NCBI GenBank assembly: GCA_965242925.1
Contig: CBDEUM010000014.1
Span: 96,001-160,000, forward strand
Length of the DNA: 64,000 nucleotides
DNA from: Roseibacillus sp.
GTDB lineage: Bacteria; Verrucomicrobiota; Verrucomicrobiia; Verrucomicrobiales; Akkermansiaceae
Direction: 5' to 3'
The notes below the pieces were generated by a model. The model searched no databases. It was given only the letters and a program-made list of their open reading frames with translations, and was not told where the DNA came from. Below, piece after piece: positions 1 through 9,814 of the stretch. Position 1 is the stretch's first letter; each line of letters starts with the position of its first letter. The position numbers were made by a program, and so were the translations under genes.

Positions 1-995
1 GTGTGGATATTAGCGTGGTTGTCCCAGTTGTTGGTCGGTCCGCCGGCGCCACTCCAGATTTGCACGAAGCGCACGTCGCGTTCGAGCAGACGCCGTCCGA
101 TCATGCAGCGCCGGGCAAAATCTGAGGTTTTTTTGTTCCCCAAACCGTAGAGATCTTTGGTGGATTGGGATTCCTTGGATAAATCAAACACCTCTGGGGC
201 ACTGAGTTGCATGCGTGCGGCGAGTTCGTAGGATTCGATGCGCGCCTCGAGCTGGCTGTCGTGCGGGAAGCGTTGCGCGTAGTTTTGGTTGAGCGACTTG
301 AGAAGTTCCAGCCCGTCGGTTTCGCTCTGCGGGGTGATGTGTTTCGCCTCCTTGGGAGGGAACAGGAAATTGATCGGCGTATCGCCTTTGACCCTGATGA
401 CGGTGCCCTGGTGTTTCGCCGGCAGGAAGCCGGCGGTGAAATTGCCGAGGTTGTTGTAGGGCAGGCCATTCGGGTCGGGGAGCACGACAAACTCTGGGAG
501 GTTCTTGTTGATCCGGCCGAGCCCGTAGCTGATCCACGCGCCCATGCACGGGAACCCCGGCAAGGTGAATCCGGTATTCTGCATGTAGCTGCCGAGGCCG
601 TGCACGTTGGTCGTGGACGTCATCGAGGTGAGGAATGCCAGCTCGTCGGCGATCCCTGCCATGTGCGGGAACACGCTGCTGACCCAGCGGCCGCACTGGC
701 CGTGTTGGCGGAACTCGAAGGGGCTGGGGAGCACTTTGAAGCCGGGGGAATTGGTGACTGACTCGACCAGCTGGCCGGCGCCGGGATCGAAGGGTTTGCC
801 GTCGAGTTCTTTCAGCCGGGGCTTGGGATCGAAGGTGTCCATCTGGCTGACGCCGCCGTTCATGAACAGCTGGATCACGCGCTTCGCTCTTGGCGCATGG
901 TGGCAGGTGGAGCCGAGCACCTGCGAAAGCGCGAGCCCACCAAACCCGCCGCCGGTTCGGAGTAGAAACGCTCGTCTGTTGATCGCCGGGCTCAT
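1..995 (-). CDS. DUF1501 domain-containing protein (Tat-type signal), 3' end runs off the window
   Basis: Manual translation from ATG at 995: MSPAINRRAFLLRTGGGFGGLAL...AKRVIQLFMNGGVSQMDTFDPK...ARIESYELAARMQ...RRLLERDVRFVQI...WDNH. Absent from ORF track because there is no stop in the window. Starts 8 bp after the stop of the upstream PSD1 gene. Confidence 0.9.
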   Translation of the reverse strand, partial: MSPAINRRAFLLRTGGGFGGLALSQVLGSTCHHAPRAKRVIQLFMNGGVSQMDTFDPKPRLKELDGKPFDPGAGQLVESVTNSPGFKVLPSPFEFRQHGQCGRWVSSVFPHMAGIADELAFLTSMTSTTNVHGLGSYMQNTGFTLPGFPCMGAWISYGLGRINKNLPEFVVLPDPNGLPYNNLGNFTAGFLPAKHQGTVIRVKGDTPINFLFPPKEAKHITPQSETDGLELLKSLNQNYAQRFPHDSQLEARIESYELAARMQLSAPEVFDLSKESQSTKDLYGLGNKKTSDFARRCMIGRRLLERDVRFVQIWSGAGGPTNNWDNHANIH

Positions 996-1003
996 CTTGG
1001 TGT

Positions 1004-3628
1004 TTAGTGGACGAAGAGGAATTCGCTGCTGTTGAGGATGATCCGGCAGGCGTTTGCGAGCCCGTGTTCGGTGGTGTAGTTGGCGATCTGTTCGGTTTCT
1101 GCCGGGCTAGCGGGCCGACCGTAGGCGCGCAGGAATAGCTCGTTGATCTGTGCGGACAGATCGGGGTGGCTCGTCTTCAGATTGGTGGCGATGTGCTCAG
1201 ATTGACGCACGAGGAAACGATTGTTCAACATCGCCAGCGCCTGGAGGGCTGTCGCTGAGGTCTCGCGGCGCGGGGCGAGCTGCGAGGCGTCGGGGCAATC
1301 GAGCGCCTGCATCAGCGGATCGGGGACGGTGCGGAATACAAAACGGTAGACGCTGCGGCGCAGGTTGGCTGGGGCGTCGGGATCGAATCCGAGGTAATCC
1401 ACATTTGGCGTGATGTGCACGCCTTTGCTGGAATGGAACTGGCGGGCGGATGGGCCGCCCATCTTGAGATCGAGCCTGCCGGACAGGCTGAGCACGGTGT
1501 CGTGGATCGACTCGGCATCGAGGCGTTGACGGTTCATTCGCCACAGTAGTCGGTTGTCGGCATCTGCAGTAAGGCACTCCTGCCGGTCGGCGGCCGATTG
1601 TCGGTAGGTGTCACTGAGCACGATGGTTTTGTGCAGCCACTTGAGGCTGCCACCGCGTTCGCGGAATTCGAATGCGAGCCAATCCAGCAGTTCCGGGTGT
1701 GTCGGCTGCTCCCCCATCTTGCCGAAGTCGTTCGGTGTCGAGACGATACCGCGACCGAAATGGTAGTGCCACACGCGGTTCACGATCGATCGCCAGGTGA
1801 GGACGTTGTCGCGGTCGACTAGCCAGTCGGCCAGTGCCGCGCGGCGTGCGCCCTCGTCATTTGCATCCCCGAGTTCGAAGCGGTCAGGCAATCCGGGCAG
1901 GCAGGCCAGCGCGCCGGGGCTTGCGACTTCCCTGGGTGAATGGATGTCGCCGCGGTGGAGGACGTGAACTTCGCGTGCCTGGCCAGCGGGCTTGAAATTT
2001 CCGATGGCTTTGAACTGGCTGGCGACGGCAAAAATCTTGCCTGCCTCCGGCAAGGTCGCAAGGTCGCGGGCGTACTTTTCTTTCAGATGGCGACGCGCAA
2101 GACTGCGCCGCTGCTCGGTGGTGCGCTTGGTTTCAGGTGTGGAAAGAATCGCTTCGATCTCGGCAGAGAGAGCAATTCCCAGGGCGGGTTCTTCTTCGCC
2201 AGTGAGCGAAATTCTTGGCCGCCCGATGAGGTGGCTGCCGCCGTGAAGTTGTTCGAGGACGATCTCGATGTTCGTGTCCGGCGTCAGGTGCACCGCCTCC
2301 TTGAAAATGAAAATCGCACGGTGGGGCTTTCCCTCTTGTGGGTGGATTCCCCAAGCACTTGCCTTATTCCCGTCGATCGCCTTGTGCACCTCCCATTCGG
2401 CCTGATCAAAATCGGCCATAGCACGGGCAATTGGGACCGGTTTCCCTCCGATATTCACCCTGATTTCTGAAAGGTGGAGATTCCCGTTGGGGGCGCGGCC
2501 TGGACCTTTCACGGGGAACGAATCGTCTGTGAGCACCTCAACTTGCACGGCGGTGAGGCGTTTGATTTTGGACGTGCCGGTGACCTTGTAGGTGTCTTTT
2601 TCTGGAGCTGTGCCGGCGAACAGGATCGATCCGTCTGACTGGACCCGGTGCGGCGTGCCGCTGGTCGAGATCACATTTCCGGGCACGAGCGTCGTCCACT
2701 TCCCCACGCTTTCCTCGAGGTTTTTCACCCATGTGGAAATCTCTTCCCGCAGCGTCGGGTCATCGATCTGTGATTCGAGATCTCGCTGGCCGGCGAGCAG
2801 CCTGGCGCGCTTGCGCGCGATGACTGGATCGAGATCGAAAGGGCGATCGACCTTGTCGATGCCGGCGAAAACGGCTTGCAGCGCGTAGTAGTCTTCGAGC
2901 GAGACCGGATCGAATTTGTGATCGTGACAGCGCGCGCAATGGACGGTGGTGCTGGTGAATGTCGACATGGTCGCGCTGAGCATGTCATCGCGGTCGAGGT
3001 ATTGGGCGATCTTCTTGTCGATCGTGCCGTCCTGGATCCCCATCTGCGAGCTCGAATCCCACGGGCCACAGGCGAGGAATCCGGTGGCCGCGGTAGCCCA
3101 CGGGTCGTTGGCAGCGATGACATCGCCGGCGATCTGTTCGCGGACGAAATCTGCGTAGGGTTTGTCGTTGTTCAGAGCGTTGATGATCCAGTCGCGATAA
3201 GGCCAGGCGTTGTCGCGGATGGCGTCTTCGTCGTGGCCATGTGTTTCGGCGTAGCGCACGGTATCCATCCAGTGCCGTGCCCAGCGTTCTCCGTGGCGCT
3301 TGCTAGCGAGAAGGCGGTCGACGATGCGCTGTTCTGCATCGGGTTGGGTGTCATTGAGGAAGGCGTTGAGCTCCTGCGGAGAAGGTGGCAACCCGATGAG
3401 GTTGAAGTGGACGCGTCGCAGCCAGGTGCGTTTCTCGGATGGTGGTGACATCGACAGGTCGGCAGTTTCTAAGCGCGCGGCGATGAAGGCGTCGATGGCG
3501 GAGGGGAAGTCGCTGCTGGGAACGGCCGGGCGCTCTAGCGGCGTCAGGCTCCAGTGTCCCTCTTCTTCTGCATGCGCGACGGCGATGCAGATAGAGCAGG
3601 CGAGGAAACTGGTGAGCTTGCACAGCAC
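1004..3628 (-). CDS. DUF1549/DUF1553 (PSD1-type) protein with central CxxCH and probable carbohydrate-binding-like insert
   Basis: Signal peptide; [83 protein letters not shown]. No N-terminal cytochrome c CxxCH. Confidence 0.9.
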   Translation of the reverse strand: MLCKLTSFLACSICIAVAHAEEEGHWSLTPLERPAVPSSDFPSAIDAFIAARLETADLSMSPPSEKRTWLRRVHFNLIGLPPSPQELNAFLNDTQPDAEQRIVDRLLASKRHGERWARHWMDTVRYAETHGHDEDAIRDNAWPYRDWIINALNNDKPYADFVREQIAGDVIAANDPWATAATGFLACGPWDSSSQMGIQDGTIDKKIAQYLDRDDMLSATMSTFTSTTVHCARCHDHKFDPVSLEDYYALQAVFAGIDKVDRPFDLDPVIARKRARLLAGQRDLESQIDDPTLREEISTWVKNLEESVGKWTTLVPGNVISTSGTPHRVQSDGSILFAGTAPEKDTYKVTGTSKIKRLTAVQVEVLTDDSFPVKGPGRAPNGNLHLSEIRVNIGGKPVPIARAMADFDQAEWEVHKAIDGNKASAWGIHPQEGKPHRAIFIFKEAVHLTPDTNIEIVLEQLHGGSHLIGRPRISLTGEEEPALGIALSAEIEAILSTPETKRTTEQRRSLARRHLKEKYARDLATLPEAGKIFAVASQFKAIGNFKPAGQAREVHVLHRGDIHSPREVASPGALACLPGLPDRFELGDANDEGARRAALADWLVDRDNVLTWRSIVNRVWHYHFGRGIVSTPNDFGKMGEQPTHPELLDWLAFEFRERGGSLKWLHKTIVLSDTYRQSAADRQECLTADADNRLLWRMNRQRLDAESIHDTVLSLSGRLDLKMGGPSARQFHSSKGVHITPNVDYLGFDPDAPANLRRSVYRFVFRTVPDPLMQALDCPDASQLAPRRETSATALQALAMLNNRFLVRQSEHIATNLKTSHPDLSAQINELFLRAYGRPASPAETEQIANYTTEHGLANACRIILNSSEFLFVH

Positions 3629-3814
3629 AGGGGTATGATACGCGGCTCGGTGGCTGCGCGCCTAGCGGATTTTAGGGTGGATCGGCCCGGTAGCCTGAAG
3701 CTCCAGCTTCGGTTAAATGACTGGAAACCGGCGTTCTGCAGCCCCGCCTTCCCCGGTTCCTCAGGCTCCAGGAAGACCGACCTGAGAAAGTAATTTACTA
3801 ACAATAATCAAAAT

Positions 3815-4720
3815 CTATTCGTGTTCATTTGCCTTCGGCTTTCTGCGCGGTGCTCCGAATGTGGTTCGCCTTTCACAGAGCGATAGGATGCGCTCGCTTA
3901 GCTCCAGGTAGGCCTTGCTGCTGAGATGGCCGTTGTTATCGGTCCAGGCCCAGGCCTTGAAGTTCTTCTCCTTGGAGCCGAGGTCGAGGTCGAGCAGGTG
4001 GGCGTTGGGATCGTCCTTGCTGACGTCGACCTGCGCCTGGAGGATGGGTTCGAAGCTCGCGTCCCCGTGCTGGAAGAGATGCTTCCTGACGAAGATCGGC
4101 AGATCCGCGATCCCGGTGTCCTCCCGGAACGCGGCGAAGACCGCCCGCAGGTTCTTGCCATACTCCTGCCCCTTTGGCCGATCGGATTCGCCCTGGTCCC
4201 AGTAGAGCCCGATGACGCTGACATTCTTGTAGCGCTTCTTCAGGTCCGCCATGGCACCGTCGAGTTGGCCTTTGAAGTTCTTGTAGTCCGGACCGACACC
4301 CGCCTTCCACTGGGCATACAAGTTGTGGCCGCCGGGCCCGTGCTTGATGAAGAACTTGTCGGCATCCGGATACCTTTTTTCTAACAGCATTGCCATGGGG
4401 AGTTCGATGCCGTGGCGCCACGGGTCGCGGTATCCGCCCTTCAGGTTCTTGCCAGGTGCAAACCGCTCGAACCTGCCCCCCGCCCAGATGTTGCTCCGTG
4501 GATAGGCCTCCATGGTGGTAGGGATCCCCACCTCCTCTGCTGTCGAGCCGGGGATCGTCGGGTGCTTCCTCGCCATGCCCGACTTCTCGTTGCTCTCCGG
4601 CGAGAACGCAGCAACGCCGCCGGCGTTCGACTGGCCGGCGATGAGAAAAACAAGGGCGCTGGTTTCCCCGGCGAGCGACGAAAGGGAAAGAAGGCACAGA
4701 AGGAGGATGACGGTTTTCAT
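3815..4720 (-). CDS. SGNH carbohydrate esterase (sialate O-acetylesterase/CE6-like, SASA domain), secreted
   Basis: Start reassigned to ATG 4720 (MKTVILLLCLLSLSSLA signal). Motifs IAGQSN, YWDQGESD, DNNGHL. Confidence 0.8.
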   Translation of the reverse strand: MKTVILLLCLLSLSSLAGETSALVFLIAGQSNAGGVAAFSPESNEKSGMARKHPTIPGSTAEEVGIPTTMEAYPRSNIWAGGRFERFAPGKNLKGGYRDPWRHGIELPMAMLLEKRYPDADKFFIKHGPGGHNLYAQWKAGVGPDYKNFKGQLDGAMADLKKRYKNVSVIGLYWDQGESDRPKGQEYGKNLRAVFAAFREDTGIADLPIFVRKHLFQHGDASFEPILQAQVDVSKDDPNAHLLDLDLGSKEKNFKAWAWTDNNGHLSSKAYLELSERILSLCERRTTFGAPRRKPKANEHE

Positions 4721-4941
4721 GGTTTGGGGGGATAATCGTAAAAGAGGAACCCCGGGGTGGTGGAGTTCACCTTGTTGCGTTTGATGCTGCCGTCCCTGCT
4801 GCAGGTGATGACGGGGTTCCGCCACCAGTTGCAGACCGCGCTGCCACGCATGATGAGGAAATCGAGCATCAGGTGGGGGATGAACAGCGGCACGCCATTG
4901 TTGTGTCTGTCCCTCCAGTTCTTGTCGTAGAAATTCTGCGT
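4717..4941 (-). pseudogene. Remnant 3' end of an unidentified gene
   Basis: 74 stop-free codons with strong GC3 bias (TQNFYDKNWRDRHNNGVPLF...FYDYPPKP*). Its TGA overlaps the esterase ATG (ATGA), and there is no start codon at its 5' end. Confidence 0.5.
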
Positions 4942-6357
4942 TCATCCCAGGATGGGCTCCACGACGTGACCGGCTACATCGGTGAGGCGAAAATCGCGGC
5001 CCTGGCTTCGGAAGATGAGCTTGCGGTGATCGATCCCGAGGAGATGGAGAATGGTGGCGTGGAGGTCGTTGGGGTGCACGGGATTCTCGATGGCGTGATA
5101 GCCGAATTCGTCGGTGGCTCCGTAGGTGAGACCGGGCTTGGTGCCTCCGCCGGCGAGCCACATGGTGAAGCCGTGGGGATGGTGATCGCGACCCCAGGTC
5201 TTGCCCACGACTTGAGCGACCGGGGTGCGGCCGAATTCGCCGCCCCAGATCACGAGGGTATCGTCGAGGAGACCGCGCTGCGCGAGGTCGGTGAGGAGCG
5301 CGGCCGTGGGTTGGTCCGCGGCACCGCACTGGCGGCGGTGTTCGCGGTCGATGTCGGTGTGGGAGTCCCACCCACGGTCGTAGAGCTGCACAAATCGCAC
5401 CCCACGTTCGACGAGGCGGCGGGCCAGCAGGCAGTTGCGCGCGAAGGACGGCTTGGCGGGATCGACTCCGTAGAGATCCAGCATGTGCTTCGGTTCGTCG
5501 TCGAGATCGGCAAGCTGCGGCACGCTGGTCTGCATGCGGAAGGCCATTTCGTAGGAGGCGATGCGGGAGGCGATCTCGGGGTCTCCTAGCGCATCGAGCT
5601 GGCGGCGGCTCATCCATTGGATGAGATCGAGTTCGCGTCGTCGGTCGGCGGAATCGACGCCGGGTGCATTGGAGAGATGCAGGACGGGTGCCCCGGTGTT
5701 GCGGAACGGCACCCCGGCATGGCGGGAGTCGAGGAACCCGTTGCCCCAGAAGCTCTGCAGGAGCGGCTGGCCGTCGCTCACGCCGGAGGTCAGCACGATG
5801 TAGGAGGGCAGGTCGTCGTTCTCGGAGCTGAGGCCGTAGGAGAGCCAGGCGCCGAGGGTGGGGCGGTCGCCCAGGAGCGTCCCGCAATTCATGAAGTTCA
5901 CCCCGGGATCATGGACATTGGTCTCGGTGTGCATGGAGCGGATCACCGTCAGCTTGTCCGCCACCCTGGCCAGATTCGGGAGCAGTTCGGAGACAACCGT
6001 GCCCGATTGACCGCGCGGCTGAAAATTGTAGGGCGACTTCTTGAAATTGGGCGTCCCGCGAATCAGCGCGAACTGCTGGTGGTTTTTGAGAAGCTCGTTC
6101 GGGATCGGTTTGCCGTCGAGCGCGTTGAGATTTGGTTTCGGATCGAAGAGATCGACGTGCGATGGCCCGCCGGCCATGAAGAGAAAGATGACCCGCTTCG
6201 CCTTCGGGGCTGCGTGCAATCCGGAAAGGTTACCGGTGCCGGCAAAGAGGTCGTTTCTCAGGAGAGAGGCCAGGGCCACCGATCCGATGCCGGCCGCCGA
6301 ACGCCCGAGAAAGGCGCGACGCATCATGGCATTGGGTAGCGAGGGCGTATTCATCAT
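4942..6357 (-). CDS. DUF1501 domain-containing protein (Tat signal)
   Basis: RRAFLG signal, AKRVIFLFMAGGPSHVDLFDPKP, ARRLVERGVRFVQL, WDSH, IWGGEFGRTP, GRDHHP, FRLTDV. ATG 6357 overlaps the upstream stop (ATGA). Confidence 0.92.
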   Translation of the reverse strand: MMNTPSLPNAMMRRAFLGRSAAGIGSVALASLLRNDLFAGTGNLSGLHAAPKAKRVIFLFMAGGPSHVDLFDPKPNLNALDGKPIPNELLKNHQQFALIRGTPNFKKSPYNFQPRGQSGTVVSELLPNLARVADKLTVIRSMHTETNVHDPGVNFMNCGTLLGDRPTLGAWLSYGLSSENDDLPSYIVLTSGVSDGQPLLQSFWGNGFLDSRHAGVPFRNTGAPVLHLSNAPGVDSADRRRELDLIQWMSRRQLDALGDPEIASRIASYEMAFRMQTSVPQLADLDDEPKHMLDLYGVDPAKPSFARNCLLARRLVERGVRFVQLYDRGWDSHTDIDREHRRQCGAADQPTAALLTDLAQRGLLDDTLVIWGGEFGRTPVAQVVGKTWGRDHHPHGFTMWLAGGGTKPGLTYGATDEFGYHAIENPVHPNDLHATILHLLGIDHRKLIFRSQGRDFRLTDVAGHVVEPILG

Positions 6358-9350
6358 GGCCTTGTGATGGTCTCGTCGAGGTTCAGGAGAATCGTGGCGA
6401 CGCTGGTCCACGCCGCCAGGGTGGGATCATCGCTGCCAGTAAGCTTTCGCGTGGCGGATTGGTCGCCGGCATAACGGGTGGTTCGGTCCTTGAGAAAGGC
6501 CAGGAAGCGGGCACGTTCTTCGACGCTGGGCGCACGGCCCAGGCAGAGGCGGAAGGAGAAGTCAACCCGTCCCGACTCATCGGCAGGGATTTCGTTCACG
6601 ACTCGCCTGGCGAGATGGCGGGCGGCCTCCACGAAGATCGGGTCATTGAGGGTGACGAGAGCCTGGGTGGGCAGGTTAGAGGTATTGCGCCGCACCGCAC
6701 ACACGGCCCGGCCGGGCGCGTCGAGCAGTTCCAGGGTGGGGTGCAGGGCCATCCGACGCCAATAGATGTAGAGGCTCTTGCGATGCAGCTCGTCGCCCTT
6801 GCTGGCGGTCCACTTTCCGGGGAGGTCGCGCTCCTCCCAGTAGCCTTGCGGTTGGGGAGGGAAGACACTCGGACCGCCGGCAACGGGCTTCAGAAGTCCG
6901 CTGATTGCGAGGGCCTGGTCGCGAATCTGTTCGGCCGGCAGTCGCACGCGAGGCATACGCGCCAGGAGGAGGTTGTTGGGATCACGCCGTTGGAGTTCCG
7001 GGGAGGTGCGGGCTGACTGCCGGTAGGTGGAGGAGGTGACGATGAGCCGGTTCAGGTGTTTCATGTCCCATCCGCTGGACATGAATTCGCACGCCAGCCA
7101 ATCGAGCAATCCCGGGTGGGTGGGAGCGGCGCCCTGTGCCCCGAAGTCGTCCGGGGTGCGCACCAGGCCGTGTCCGAAGTAGGTCTGCCAAATGCGGTTG
7201 ACCACTACTCGCGCAACGAGCGGATTGTTTCCATTGACCAGCCAGCGGGCAAACTCGAGCCGGTTCTGCGGCTGCAATTCCCCCGGGGAAGCTAGCACGG
7301 CCAACGCTGCGGGGGAAACCTTGTCGCCGCGACTGAGAAAGTTTCCGCGCACGTGAATGAAGGTGTCGCGGGGCTTGGCCCTCTCCTTCATGACGGGCAC
7401 TGCAGAGACCTCGCCCGCCCCGGCACCCTGCTCTTGCTCGAGCTTGTGAAGCGCCGCCTGCAACTGTTGCACCTTCGCGCCACCCCTGCCGCCGCTCAAT
7501 TCCGCACCCAGCGCCCGGCCATAAAGACGCACTCCCGTGAGGGAGCCTTCAAAGCGATAGGCAGTCGCTTCGGGCGTTGCGTTGTAGCCGGCACCGATCG
7601 CGAGGCGGCGGTCAGACACCGCGATCGAGCCCGGCACCTTGCCGATGACCCGCGCCGCATTATCTTCAATCCCATCGACAAACAGCCGGACTGCCTTGTC
7701 GGCTTTGAACACGATCGCGACATCGTGATTGCGACCATCATTGACCGCCCGGCTGCCGTGGATCTCCACACCCTGGTAGGGATCGGTCTGGGACGACACC
7801 CAGAAGAAAAGATGTCCGGGCACGCCGTTCTTGTCTCCCTCCCCACCGATTCCAAAGACGTAGCTCCGTTGCTTGCCACGCCAGTCGTACTTCGAAGCGA
7901 TGTTTGCGACCGGCTGCTTGGTGCGGATCCTGGCGGTGATGGTCAGGTCACCGGTGACGCTGAACTTCCCGGCGTCCGCGGCGACGTGCGGGCCATCCCA
8001 GTTGCCGAGCAGGCCGTCCTCGCCAAGTGGCCTGGGCGGAGACAATCCCTTGCGGGCGCCGGCGAGCTCGGTCTCGAGGCGGGCCCGTTCGGCTTCGAAT
8101 TTGCCTTTCGACCCGGCCGGCCGGTAGCGGTACTTCATGGTCGGTCCGCCCTGGCCGAAACCCTTTCCCTGGTGCTCGGTGTTGTTGAAGATCGCAAAGA
8201 GGGAATAGTAATCGCGCTGGCTGATCGGATCGAACTTGTGGTCGTGGCACTCGGCACAATCCATGGTGAGGCCCAGCCAGACGCGGCCGGTGGTATTGAC
8301 GCGATCGGTCACGCCCTTGAGGCGGTACTCTTCCACCGGATACGTCTGCCCCCGGGCTTGCGGGGCGTTGCGGTGGAAGCCGGTGGCGAGTCGCTGCTCG
8401 TCCGTGGCACCGGGGAGCATGTCGCCGGCCAGTTGCTCAACGGTGAACTGATCAAACGGCATGTTGCGGTGGAGGGCGCGAACGACCCAGTCGCGGTAGG
8501 GCCAGATGTTGCGGGTCTTGTCGTCGGCAAAGCCCCGCGTGTCGGCATAGCGCGCGAGATCGAGCCAGTCCTGCGCCCGGCGTTCGGCGTAGTCGCGGGA
8601 AGCCATGAGTCGATCCACGAGGTGTGCACAGGCATCCGGGGATTGGTCCTTCAGGAACGCTTCGAGTTCGGCCGGGGTTGGTGGCAATCCTGTTAAATCC
8701 AGGGTCGCTCTTCGCATCAGCACGGAACGGGCGGCCTCGGGTGATGGCGCGAGGCTTTCCTGTTCAAGCCCAGCCAGGACGAAGCGATCGATCGGATTGC
8801 GCACCCAGTCCTTCTTCTTCACCTCCGGCAGCTCCGATTTGCGTGGGGGAAGGAACGCCCAATGGGGTTGATACGCGGCGCCCTCCGCGATCCAGCGACG
8901 AAGCAGGTCCTTCTGTGCCGTGCTGAGCTGCTTGTTGCTCTCCGGCGGCGGCATGAGGTCGTCGCGATCGGTCGCGAAGATGCGCCGCACCAGTTCACTG
9001 CGGCCGGGATGGCGTGGCGCCACCGCCACCTTTCCCGACTTCGCGGGCTGCAGGGCCTGTTCGCGCCCATCGAGGCGCAGCTCCGACTTGCGAGCTTCCT
9101 CGTCGGGCCCATGACACTGAAAGCAATTGTCCGAGAGAAGCGGACGGATATCCCGGTTGAACTGCAGGGAGCCAGGCTTTGCCCACGCGCCCGGCACGAG
9201 CAGAAGCACCCCCGCCGCGAGGACAAGTTTGCAGGAGACGAAACGGGAGCTGATTTCTCGGGGCACGTTGACTGGCAGGTATTTGCTCTTTGGGTGCGGT
9301 GCTGCGGGATGCTGTTGAGAGGATCGGAGAAGGTCGTGCAATTTATTCAT
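6354..9350 (-). CDS. PSD1 + planctomycete cytochrome c domain protein (DUF1549/DUF1553) with LamG-like insert
   Basis: [31 protein letters not shown], LamG-like segment (HDVAIVF...VRLFVDG...FEGSLTGVRLYGRAL), PTHPGLLDWLA, LLNLDETIT. True start may be up to ~30 codons downstream. Confidence 0.9.
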   Translation of the reverse strand: MNKLHDLLRSSQQHPAAPHPKSKYLPVNVPREISSRFVSCKLVLAAGVLLLVPGAWAKPGSLQFNRDIRPLLSDNCFQCHGPDEEARKSELRLDGREQALQPAKSGKVAVAPRHPGRSELVRRIFATDRDDLMPPPESNKQLSTAQKDLLRRWIAEGAAYQPHWAFLPPRKSELPEVKKKDWVRNPIDRFVLAGLEQESLAPSPEAARSVLMRRATLDLTGLPPTPAELEAFLKDQSPDACAHLVDRLMASRDYAERRAQDWLDLARYADTRGFADDKTRNIWPYRDWVVRALHRNMPFDQFTVEQLAGDMLPGATDEQRLATGFHRNAPQARGQTYPVEEYRLKGVTDRVNTTGRVWLGLTMDCAECHDHKFDPISQRDYYSLFAIFNNTEHQGKGFGQGGPTMKYRYRPAGSKGKFEAERARLETELAGARKGLSPPRPLGEDGLLGNWDGPHVAADAGKFSVTGDLTITARIRTKQPVANIASKYDWRGKQRSYVFGIGGEGDKNGVPGHLFFWVSSQTDPYQGVEIHGSRAVNDGRNHDVAIVFKADKAVRLFVDGIEDNAARVIGKVPGSIAVSDRRLAIGAGYNATPEATAYRFEGSLTGVRLYGRALGAELSGGRGGAKVQQLQAALHKLEQEQGAGAGEVSAVPVMKERAKPRDTFIHVRGNFLSRGDKVSPAALAVLASPGELQPQNRLEFARWLVNGNNPLVARVVVNRIWQTYFGHGLVRTPDDFGAQGAAPTHPGLLDWLACEFMSSGWDMKHLNRLIVTSSTYRQSARTSPELQRRDPNNLLLARMPRVRLPAEQIRDQALAISGLLKPVAGGPSVFPPQPQGYWEERDLPGKWTASKGDELHRKSLYIYWRRMALHPTLELLDAPGRAVCAVRRNTSNLPTQALVTLNDPIFVEAARHLARRVVNEIPADESGRVDFSFRLCLGRAPSVEERARFLAFLKDRTTRYAGDQSATRKLTGSDDPTLAAWTSVATILLNLDETITRP

Positions 9351-9359
9351 TTCCCTGAC

Positions 9360-9482
9360 TCACCCGGAATTGGAGTGGATCCCTGGAGGTCGACAGGACG
9401 CCCCTCCGGCAGCCGCCGCTGATATTGCGATCCCGATCATCAGCGTGATCACAAGTGATGCATGTTTGATCGCGGGATTCAT
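9360..9482 (-). pseudogene. Signal-peptide-only stub (40 aa)
   Basis: MNPAIKHASLVITLMIGIAISAAAAGGASCRPPGIHSNSG*: a typical Sec signal followed almost immediately by a stop, 9 bp before the PSD1 ORF. Confidence 0.4.
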
Positions 9483-9664
9483 GAGTCAGTCGTTCTTGGA
9501 TCTCGGGATCGTATTATCAGAAAAGGCCTCCGGTCGACAACCTCCCGCCGACCATTGCCAGAACTCACAAAGGATACAGCCACACAGAGGTCGACATGGG
9601 TGACTTTAGTTTTAGCTACAGTCTTATTTCAATCAGAAAACGCCGTAACTCACTGACTGTCAAC

Positions 9665-9690
9665 TGTCGGACAGGATGGAAGTTGAGCCC
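9665..9690 (-). repeat. Degenerate copy of tRNA-Ser 3' end (att-like)
   Basis: tgtcggacaggatggaagttgagccc vs 15879-15904 tggcggacagggtgggattcgaaccc: 20/26 identical, same orientation. Confidence 0.6.
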
Positions 9691-9711
9691 TCTGTCCGGA
9701 AACACTGGTGC

Positions 9712-9736
9712 CGTCCGCTTCCGTCGAAAGCGGACG
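9712..9736. repeat. Perfect 9-bp inverted repeat (REP-like hairpin)
   Basis: cgtccgctt-ccgtcga-aagcggacg; no U-tract. Confidence 0.5.
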
Positions 9737-9814
9737 TCGTCTTTCCATCCCAACCAACACCGGGTCCGAAAGGGCTGGGAAAAACGGGGCTGAGGAAGCA
9801 ATATTCTGGCAATA

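Noticed and set aside
4900..4944. Selenocysteine readthrough of the DUF1501 TGA (tempting given senAB)
   Set aside because: The TGA sits at the normal family C-terminus, not at a Cys position, and I see no convincing SECIS hairpin. The same applies to the TGA at 54114.
3815..5887. 690-aa ORF as a single protein
   Set aside because: Most of the N-terminal extension is an Arg/Pro-rich off-frame shadow of the DUF1501 gene; the real esterase starts with a signal peptide at 4720.
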